13,555 nt of DNA from Gemmatimonadaceae bacterium. GTDB taxonomy: Bacteria; Gemmatimonadota; Gemmatimonadetes; Gemmatimonadales; Gemmatimonadaceae. The position numbers were made by a program, and so were the translations under genes. Below are positions 1 through 7,100 of this stretch, one piece after another. How positions within the stretch are numbered: the first letter of the stretch is position 1; every line of letters begins with the position of its first letter. The notes under the pieces were generated by a model that did not search any database, was not told the DNA's origin, and saw only the letters and a list, made by a program, of their open reading frames with translations. The DNA lies in the NCBI GenBank assembly GCA_040902005.1, contig JBBDYA010000081.1, positions 93,758 to 107,312 of the forward strand, in the 5' to 3' direction.

Positions 1-23
1 CCCCCCCCCCCCCCCCCCCCCCC
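1..23. repeat. Poly-C (poly-G on coding strand) homopolymer of at least 23 nt at the window edge
   Basis: Directly visible: 23 consecutive C followed by a low-complexity C/G stretch to about 50. Confidence 0.95.
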
Positions 24-772
24 GCCCGCCCCGCCGCCCGCGGCTCCGCCGCAACGTCCGGCTGGACCAGCGCGTCGCCCACCGCGACGGCCGCCACGTC
101 GCCCACGCTCTTCGCGGCGCGCGCGATGTCGTCGCCCGACGACACGGTGTCGAGGCGCAGCGCGAAGTCGCGGTCGAACTGCTCCGCCTGAAGCGCCTCC
201 ACCGACGGCGCCACCACCAGCACGTCGCCGAGACGGCGCAGCGCCTGGACCACCATGCCCGCGCGAACCCCGCGGAGCGGCGTCGCGACGTCGAGACGCA
301 CCCGCACCAGCACTCCGGCACCCGGAGGCGGCGCCACCGTCCACCCGTCCTCCGCAGGCGCGACGCGTTCCGCTTCGATGGGGACGGGCGCCGCGAACGT
401 CCGGATCCGCGCCAGCTCGCGCGCGGCGTTCACGTCGCTCGTGCGTCCCGCGACGGAGAGCTCGATGCCGCGCTCCAGCGTGTCCACCGCCGCGAACAGC
501 GTGTCGGTGACCGCCTGACTGGCCGCGATCTCGCCGCGACGCATCCGGTCCAGCAGCGTCTCGAGCTCGTGCGACAGTTCCGCCACGGCGGCATACCCCA
601 TCGTCGCGCTCATTCCCTTGATGGTGTGCACCGCGCGAAAGATCGTGGCGATCGCGTCGCCGCCCGCCGCCCCGCCGTCCCCGCGCTCCAGTGCCAGGAG
701 CGAATGGTTGATGGCGGACAGGTGCTCGCGCCCTTCCGTGAGAAAGAGTTCGGCGTACTGGGCGGTGTTCAC
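1..772 (-). CDS. cheA: Chemotaxis histidine kinase CheA, N-terminal part (Hpt/P1 plus probable P2 domain), 3'-truncated by the window edge
   Basis: Not in the ORF track because it has no stop in the window; translated by hand. GTG at 772 overlaps the cheY stop (GTGA). Reads MNTAQYAELFLTEGREHLSAINHSLLALERG...IFRAVHTIKGMSATMGYAAVAELSHELETLLDRMRRG, a classic Hpt motif with the phospho-accepting His at residue 49 (codon 626-628). It continues with a P2-like segment (VRVRLDVATPLRGVRAGMVVQALRRLGDV) and runs into poly-Gly at the edge. Confidence 0.9.
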   Translation of the reverse strand, partial: MNTAQYAELFLTEGREHLSAINHSLLALERGDGGAAGGDAIATIFRAVHTIKGMSATMGYAAVAELSHELETLLDRMRRGEIAASQAVTDTLFAAVDTLERGIELSVAGRTSDVNAARELARIRTFAAPVPIEAERVAPAEDGWTVAPPPGAGVLVRVRLDVATPLRGVRAGMVVQALRRLGDVLVVAPSVEALQAEQFDRDFALRLDTVSSGDDIARAAKSVGDVAAVAVGDALVQPDVAAEPRAAGRAGGGGGGG

Positions 773-1131
773 CCCAGCACGCGTTGGACCGCTTCCAGCA
801 CGCGGCTCGGCTGGAATGGCTTGACGACGAAGTCCCTCGCGCCGGCCTGCATCGCCTCGGCAACAAGCGCCTGCTGCCCCATCGCGCTGCACATGAGGAT
901 GCGGGCGCTCGGATCGTGCTTGCAGATCTCACGCACGGCGTCGATCCCTCCCATGTCGGGCATCACGATGTCCATCGTCACGAAGTCGGGGCGCAGCTGC
1001 TTGTACTTCTCCACCGCCTGGACTCCGGTTTCCGCTTCACCCACGATCTCGAATCCCGCCTGCTGCAGGATGTCGCCCACCATGGTGCGCATGAAGACGG
1101 CGTCGTCGCAGATGAGAACGGTGTGACTCAA
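769..1131 (-). CDS. cheY: Single-domain response regulator CheY (Bacillus/Thermotoga/DifD-like)
   Basis: 120 aa receiver domain with acidic pair (ICDDA), phospho-Asp (TMDIVMP), CSAMGQQ and VKPF. TTG start with GGAGG 9 nt upstream. Sits between cheW and cheA. Confidence 0.92.
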   Translation of the reverse strand: MSHTVLICDDAVFMRTMVGDILQQAGFEIVGEAETGVQAVEKYKQLRPDFVTMDIVMPDMGGIDAVREICKHDPSARILMCSAMGQQALVAEAMQAGARDFVVKPFQPSRVLEAVQRVLG

Positions 1132-1140
1132 GAGCGGTGC

Positions 1141-1145
1141 CCTCC
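1141..1145 (-). promoter_or_regulatory. Shine-Dalgarno site (GGAGG) for cheY
   Basis: cctcc at 1141-1145 reads GGAGG on the minus strand, 9 nt before the TTG at 1131. Confidence 0.75.
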
Positions 1146-1151
1146 GTAAAG

Positions 1152-1651
1152 TTAGATCAGGGCCTGATTTACGAGCGCTGAAACGTCCAGCAATAGGACG
1201 ATTCTCCCATCCAAATGTCCCAGCGGACGCACCAGATCCGGCGCCCCCGTTTTCGGCGCCGCTGCCCCCCTGGTTTCAGCCTCGATTTCGTGCGTCTCGC
1301 GCACTTCGAGCACCTCGTCCACCGCGAGTCCGGCACGCCGCTCGCCCACCTGGACGACGAAGATCCGCCCCCCCCCCCCCCCCCACCCGCACCCTCGACG
1401 GGGCGACTCTCGGGCCACAGCCGCATGCCGACATCCAGCACGGTGAGCACGTCCCCCCGCATGTTGGTGAGGCCCCGCACGTAGGGCGGCGCGCCGGGAA
1501 TGCGCGTCACGTGCCGCCCCGCCCCCCGCAGAATCTCGCGCACGAACTCCACCCCGCAGCCGAACAGCTGGTCACCCACGCGAAAGAGCAGCGCGCGCGC
1601 CTCCGCGGGCGATCCCGCGGACGGATCAGTGCTCGAGGCGGAAGAAGCCAA
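1152..1651 (-). pseudogene. cheW: CheW adaptor split by a frameshift in a G17 tract (phase-variable gene or sequencing error); start codon uncertain
   Basis: The N-half is in the frame of ORF 1169..1702 (LLFRVGDQLFGCGVEFVREI...VTRIPGAPPYVRGLTNMRGDVLTVLDV). The C-half is in the frame of ORF 1152..1418 (RIFVVQVGERRAGLAVDEVLEV...GHLDGRIVLLLDVSALV). The frames switch at the C17 run at 1368-1384. G18 or G15 rejoins them, giving about 166 aa from the in-frame TTG at 1651. Confidence 0.88.
1368..1384. repeat. C17/G17 homopolymer inside cheW
   Basis: Counted directly: 17 consecutive C, at the point where CheW similarity changes frame. Confidence 0.95.
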
Positions 1652-2642
1652 GGAAGTCCAGTGGGTCCGGCAGGTCGGGGTCCAGCGCCCCATCCGCGGC
1701 ACGGATCAGGGCGGTGCGCAACTCTTCCGGCAGGGGTGAGCGGATCTCGATCTCGGCACCCGTCACCGGATGCCGGAAGATGAGCCAGGCGGCATGGAGA
1801 AAATGTCGCTTGGGCGGCAGGGCCACCAGACGGCGCCCGCCCCCGCCGCCGTACGTGTCGTCACCAACCACCGGATGTCCAATCGACGACAGGTGCACGC
1901 GGATCTGGTGCGTACGCCCGGTAAACAAGTGTGCGCGCAAGAGGTCGCCGGGATCGAACCTGGCCAGCCGGACGAACGTGGTTTTCGCCTCCTTGCCCGC
2001 TTCGACCACCGCCATCCGTTTACGGTCCCGCGGATCGCGCCCCATCGGCCGGTTCACCGTGATCTGATCCTCGCCCAGGTGTCCCCAGCACAGCACGGCG
2101 TAGCGGCGGGACACCTCCCGCCGCGCAAGCGCCGCCCCGAGCAGGCGGTGTGCGCGATCGGTCTTGGCCACGAGCAATAGACCGGAGGTCTCTTTGTCCA
2201 GACGGTGGACGATTCCCTCCCGCGATGGATCGCCCACGCCGGACAGCGTGTCGCCGCGCCCCTTGAGGGCGTTCACCAGTGTGCCCGTCCAGTTGCCGGG
2301 CGCGGGATGCACGACCATCCCGGCCGGCTTGTCGATCACGAGGACCTCGTCGTCCTCGAAGCGAACGGCGAGCGGGATCTGCTCCGCGCCCACGTCGCGC
2401 GACACGGGCGCTGGAATCGTGACGCTGATCGTCTCGCCCGCGCTGGGGCGATAGCTCGCCTTCTCCCGGCGCCCCGTGACGAGCACGTTCCCCAGCGCAA
2501 TGAGCGTGGCGCCCTGGTTGCGCGACAGGTCCAGCTGACGCGCGATCAATACGTCCAGCCGCGGTGCGTCCGCTGGCGCCGTGAACGATTCCGTCCGTCC
2601 CGCCGGCCGCTCGGGGGGAGGGACCGCGGGCAGGTCGCTCAC
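1626..2642 (-). CDS. rluD: RluA-family (RluD-like) 23S rRNA pseudouridine synthase
   Basis: N-terminal S4-like domain (RLDVLIARQLDLSRNQ), motif I IDKPAGMVVHP, catalytic GIVHRLDKETSG, TGRTHQIRVH, GHPVVGDDTYG and FLHAAWL. GTG start overlaps the lspA stop (GTGA). lspA-rluD adjacency is common. Confidence 0.92.
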   Translation of the reverse strand: MSDLPAVPPPERPAGRTESFTAPADAPRLDVLIARQLDLSRNQGATLIALGNVLVTGRREKASYRPSAGETISVTIPAPVSRDVGAEQIPLAVRFEDDEVLVIDKPAGMVVHPAPGNWTGTLVNALKGRGDTLSGVGDPSREGIVHRLDKETSGLLLVAKTDRAHRLLGAALARREVSRRYAVLCWGHLGEDQITVNRPMGRDPRDRKRMAVVEAGKEAKTTFVRLARFDPGDLLRAHLFTGRTHQIRVHLSSIGHPVVGDDTYGGGGGRRLVALPPKRHFLHAAWLIFRHPVTGAEIEIRSPLPEELRTALIRAADGALDPDLPDPLDFLGFFRLEH

Positions 2643-3133
2643 GCGCGCTGCTGCTGGCGATCTTCCTGGAAAAAGACCCAGGCGAGCAGCACGGCGCCGA
2701 CCGACACGGCGCTGTCCGCCACGTTGAAGGTCCAGAAGCGCACGTCGGCCGTGCCGATGTCGATGAAGTCCACGACCCCGCGTGACGAGCGCACGCGGTC
2801 GATGAGATTTCCGGCGGCGCCGCCGAAGGCCAGGCCCAGCGCGAGTGGCTTGAGTCGGTCACCCGGCCCGCTCGTGCGATGCAGATGCCACAGCACCGCG
2901 AGCGCGATGATGGCAAAGGCGCCGAAGATGACGCGTGAATACGGGCCGAGCGACATGCTGAACGCGGCGCCCGGATTGTAGGCCAGGGTGAACCGCACGA
3001 CACGGCCGATGATCTCGCGCGGAACATGCAGGGGCAGGTGGGCCTCCGCGAGCAGCTTCGTGACGACGTCGAGAATGATCACCCCCGCGGCCACTCCCCA
3101 GAAGACGCGGTCGTCGCGCACGGTCGCGGGCAT
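2639..3133 (-). CDS. lspA: Signal peptidase II (lipoprotein signal peptidase), downstream copy
   Basis: 164 aa with hydrophobic segments and motifs DxxTK, YNPGAAFS, GGAAGNLIDR, GVVDFI and FNVADS. Both catalytic Asp are present. Confidence 0.93.
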   Translation of the reverse strand: MPATVRDDRVFWGVAAGVIILDVVTKLLAEAHLPLHVPREIIGRVVRFTLAYNPGAAFSMSLGPYSRVIFGAFAIIALAVLWHLHRTSGPGDRLKPLALGLAFGGAAGNLIDRVRSSRGVVDFIDIGTADVRFWTFNVADSAVSVGAVLLAWVFFQEDRQQQRA

Positions 3134-3143
3134 GGTCGCGACG

Positions 3144-3758
3144 CTAGGACGCGTCGCCCGATTCGTGACGGAGTCCGCCGGGCACGATGGCGGGACCGGA
3201 TTCCTCCGGACGGTCCTCCGCCCATAACACGATCGCCAGCAGGAACGCGCCGGTGCTCACCGCCATGTCGGCGACGTTGAACGTGGGCCAGCGCGCGGCG
3301 CCCACGCCCACGTCGAGAAAATCCACGACGCCGCGTTCCGAGCGGACGCGATCGAGCAGGTTGCCGATCGCGCCGCCGCACACCAGCGCGAGCGAGGTGA
3401 CGCGGGTGCGATCGCCGCCCGGGGTGGCGACGTACAGCCGGCCGAGGATGATCAGGGCGACGACCGTCAGTCCCATGAAGATCCAGCGGGAATGTTCGCC
3501 GACGTGCAGGCCGAACGCCGCGCCGGGGTTGTACACGAGCGTGAAGCGCAGCCAGTCACCGATCACTTCGTGCGGGCCGCGCAGCACGGCCAGCTGGTTC
3601 TCCGCGATCGACTTGGTGACGATGTCGAACGCCAGTATCGCCACCAGGATCGGCCAGAAGAGCCGGGCGTTCGAGACGTGACCATCCACCTCGGGGCCCG
3701 ACGTGCCGGTGGCGTGGGCCACGTCGGTCCCGCCGTCATGCGTGCTACCGTTTTGCAT
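3144..3758 (-). CDS. lspA: Signal peptidase II (lipoprotein signal peptidase), upstream copy; start uncertain
   Basis: Motifs DIVTK, YNPGAAFG, GGAIGNLLDR, GVVDFL and FNVADM. The ORF-track start at 3932 lies deep inside the DksA-like gene. The ATG at 3758 (MQNGSTH..., 14-nt overlap) or a downstream GTG is more plausible. Confidence 0.92.
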   Translation of the reverse strand: MQNGSTHDGGTDVAHATGTSGPEVDGHVSNARLFWPILVAILAFDIVTKSIAENQLAVLRGPHEVIGDWLRFTLVYNPGAAFGLHVGEHSRWIFMGLTVVALIILGRLYVATPGGDRTRVTSLALVCGGAIGNLLDRVRSERGVVDFLDVGVGAARWPTFNVADMAVSTGAFLLAIVLWAEDRPEESGPAIVPGGLRHESGDAS

Positions 3759-4161
3759 CTTCCTCGCGCTGCTTGCATTCGATGCAGTACCGCGCGTGGG
3801 GCAGCGCGTCGAGTCGATCGTAGGCGATGTCCTGCCCGCAGTTGTGACATTTGCCGAACGTCTCGGGCGTTTTGTACAGCCGCCGCAACGCCTGGTCGAT
3901 GTGCCAGAGAAACCGTCCCTCCTGACTCGCAAACAGGAAGGCCTTTTCCCGTTCCATGGCGTCGGTCCCCTGATCCGCCATGTGGAACGAGTAGGCGCTC
4001 AAGTCGCCGTCCGACGCCTGATCGGTCTTGTTGAACAGCTCGTCGTGATGACCAAGCTCCTTGAGCACGCGACGCCTCTCCTCGAGCAGCCGTTTCTCGA
4101 AATGCTGCAGCTGCTTCTTGGGCATGGGCTTCGGCTTCTTTTCCTTATTTGTCGTCGCCAT
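3745..4161 (-). CDS. DksA/TraR-family C4-type zinc-finger protein
   Basis: 138 aa with a coiled coil carrying HMADQGTD at the tip, then CHNC-x17-CIEC within FGKCHNCGQDIAYDRLDALPHARYCIECK. GGAG lies just upstream of the ATG. Overlaps the ileS 3' end by 17 nt. Confidence 0.9.
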   Translation of the reverse strand: MATTNKEKKPKPMPKKQLQHFEKRLLEERRRVLKELGHHDELFNKTDQASDGDLSAYSFHMADQGTDAMEREKAFLFASQEGRFLWHIDQALRRLYKTPETFGKCHNCGQDIAYDRLDALPHARYCIECKQREEDAKR

Positions 4162-7100
4162 GCGTCTCCGTCCGAGTTAGTGCGATGCGGGCAGTGATCC
4201 CATCGAGATCGAGATCCTGCCGCGCGAGAGAATCGGGAAACATATCAGGTTGAAGCAGGAGCTCGGTAGCCAGCACTTCGCCGGCAATCCAATCGCGGTG
4301 CGCGGACGCGGCCGCCACGACCTCGGCATCGCCGCCGATCCCCAGCCGGATGCGGTCGCTCACCGCGAGTCCCGCCTCCTTTCGCATGCGTTGTACCCGG
4401 CTGACGAGTTCTCGGGCCATTCCTTCCAGGCGGAGCTCGTCCGTGACGAGCGGGTCAATGGCCGTCACGAATCCAGCCCCTTCCTGCACCAGGAGGTCCC
4501 CCGAGGCGCTCTTGAGGATCTCCACGTCCTCGGGTACCAACTCGTGCGTTTCGCCGTCCACGGTGACCGCGAGCGGCCGCCCGGCCTCGAAGCCCCGGAG
4601 CTCGTCCGAGGTGAAGGAGCCGATGGCCGCGGCGGCCAGCGGCGTCTTCTTGCCAAAGCGCTTGCCAAGGGCCCGGAAGTTCGCCTTGGCCCGAAGGGTC
4701 ACCAGCGCGTCGCCAGAGGTAGCGAACTCCACGCGCTTCACGTTCAGTTCGGCGGCCAGCAGGGGCACCAGCTGTTCCAGCAGGGAGGGCTCCGCTCCGG
4801 GCGCAACGCACACCGCGCGCACCAGCGGCTGCCGCACCTTCAGCTTGCCCTCCTCGCGCGCGGCGCGACCCAACGTGGCCAGTTGCCGGATCGCGTCCAT
4901 CGCCGTCTCGAGGGCCGGATCACGGGCGAACGGATTGGCCCGCGTGAACGGCGCGAGGTGCACCGACTCGCCGTCCCGCAACTCGCGGTGCATCCAGTCG
5001 GACAGAAAGGGGGCGAAGGGCGCCAGGAGGCGGCAGGTCACCGCGAGCACCTCGTGCAGCGTGGCGAACGCGGCGCGATTGTCCTCCCCCGTCACGTCAT
5101 AGAACCGGTCGCGGCTGCGGCGCACGTACCAGTTGGCGAGATCGTCGTCCACGAACGCGACGATCGCGCGCGCCGCCGCCGTCGCGTCGTAGCGCTCGAG
5201 CCCATCGTCCACGCGTGCTTCCACCGCGGTCAGGCGCGACAGCATCCATCGGTCGAGGGGCGGCCGGTCCGCCGCGCCCGGGTCGGCCGACGACGGCGCC
5301 CACCCGAAGTTTGCATACTGGGCGAACACGCCGCTGTACACGTTCTTCAGGGTCAGAAAGAAGCGGACGGCCTGCTCGCGAATGGCGCGCTCGTCGAATT
5401 TTCTCGGCACGGACACGTCGCTCGTGGCCACGAGAAAGAAGCGCACCGCGTCGGCGCCGTAGTCACCGATCACGCGCCACGGATCCACCGTGTTGCCCTT
5501 GTGCTTGGACATCTTCTGCCCGTCGGCGTCCAGCACCAGATCGTTGACGACGACCGCGCGATATGGCGAGGCGCGCAGCGCGGACCAGTCCGCCCCATTC
5601 CCCGGTTCCCGGTTCCCAATGGCCCCGTTATTCGGCAGTGCGTCTCCCAGCCCGGTGGCGATCGCCAGCAGCGAGTAGAACCATCCGCGCGTCTGGTCCA
5701 CGCCTTCCGCGATGAAGTCGGCGGGAAACTGGCGCGCCAGCGTCTCCGAGTTCTCGAACGGATAGTGCCACTGGGCGAACGACATGGATCCCGAATCGAA
5801 CCACGTATCGATCACCTCGGGCACGCGCCGCATGGTGCCACCGCACCCGGGCACGCCGCACGGCCATGCGTATGCGTCGATGAACGGCTTGTGGGGGTCG
5901 AAGTCCGCCGGCAGCGTGGTGCCGGAGCGCGTCGCCAGCTCCGCGTAACTCCCGATCGCTTCGACGTGAGCGGCGTCTTCCCCGCACACCCAGACCGGCA
6001 GGGGCGTTCCCCAGTAGCGGTCGCGGGAAAGCGCCCAGTCCACGTTGTTCTCGAGCCATTCGCCGAAGCGCCCCGCCCCCATTTCCGGCGGATGCCAATC
6101 CACCCGCTGGTTGCGCGCGATCATCTCTGCCCGGTAGGCCGTGGTCTTCACGAACCAGGAGCCGCGCGCGTAGTACAGCAGCGGCGTGTGGCAGCGCCAG
6201 CAGTGGGGGTACGAGTGCGTGAGCGTCCCGGCTCTCCAGAGCACGCCGCGCGCCTTCAGATCCGCGATCAGGAGCGGGTCGGCCTGCTTCACGAACATCC
6301 CGCCGCCCACGGGCAGATCGGCCGGGAATTCACCGCGCGCGTTCACCGGCTGCAGAAAGGCCAGGTTGTATTTCCGTCCCGCGGCATAGTCGTCCGCGCC
6401 GAACGCGGGCGCCATGTGCACCACGCCGCTGCCGTCGTCCGCGGAAACGAAATCGCCCGCCACGATGATCTCGTGCTCGGTGCCCTCGGGATACGGGAGC
6501 CAGTCGAACGGCCGCTGGTAGCGCCAGCCGAGCATGTCGGCGCCGCGGTGGCGGGCCACGACGTCCCAGCGCTTCTCCCAGTCCCCGCCGAGCACCACGG
6601 ACACGCGCGCCTCCGCGAGAATGATCGTCGACGATCCGTGCGATGGATCGCCGGCCTCCCCGCGATCGCGCCGCGTCATCTCGACGTACGCGAGGTCGGG
6701 ATGCACCGCGAGTGCGGCGTTGGACACGAGCGTCCAGGGCGTGGTGGTCCAGACAAGAATGCGCCGGACCACAGACGGGTGCTCGTCGCCGGGCGTGTGA
6801 CGCGCTCGCGCAGCGGTCTCCCGGGCGCTCACGAGATCCAGCGCCACATAGACGGACGGATCTTCCACGTCCTCGTACCCCTGCGCGACCTCGTGGCTGG
6901 AGAGCGCGGTGCCGCAGCGCGGGCAGTACGGCAGGATCTTGTGGCCGCGGACGAGCAGCTGTTTGTCGAACAGCGTCTTCAGCGCCCACCACACGCTCTC
7001 CACGTAGTCGTTGCTGTAGGTGATGTACGGGTGGTCGTAGTCAAGCCAGTACGCGATCCGCTCACTGAGCTTTTCCCAGTCGTCCTTGTAGGTGAACACG

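Noticed and set aside
255..1149. Plus-strand ORFs at the left end
   Set aside because: They are antisense to cheA and cheY, which explain the region with strong motifs.
1368..1384. Programmed ribosomal frameshift at the cheW G run
   Set aside because: A -1 slip would restore the frame, but I see no canonical slippery heptamer with an evident stimulatory structure. DNA-level slippage or sequencing error is simpler.
3759..3932. Extended N-termini from the ORF track for lspA (3932), and likewise cheW (1702), DUF2723 (10764) and cdaA (11768)
   Set aside because: They run deep into upstream genes and look non-protein-like. Closer starts at or near the upstream stop codons fit better.
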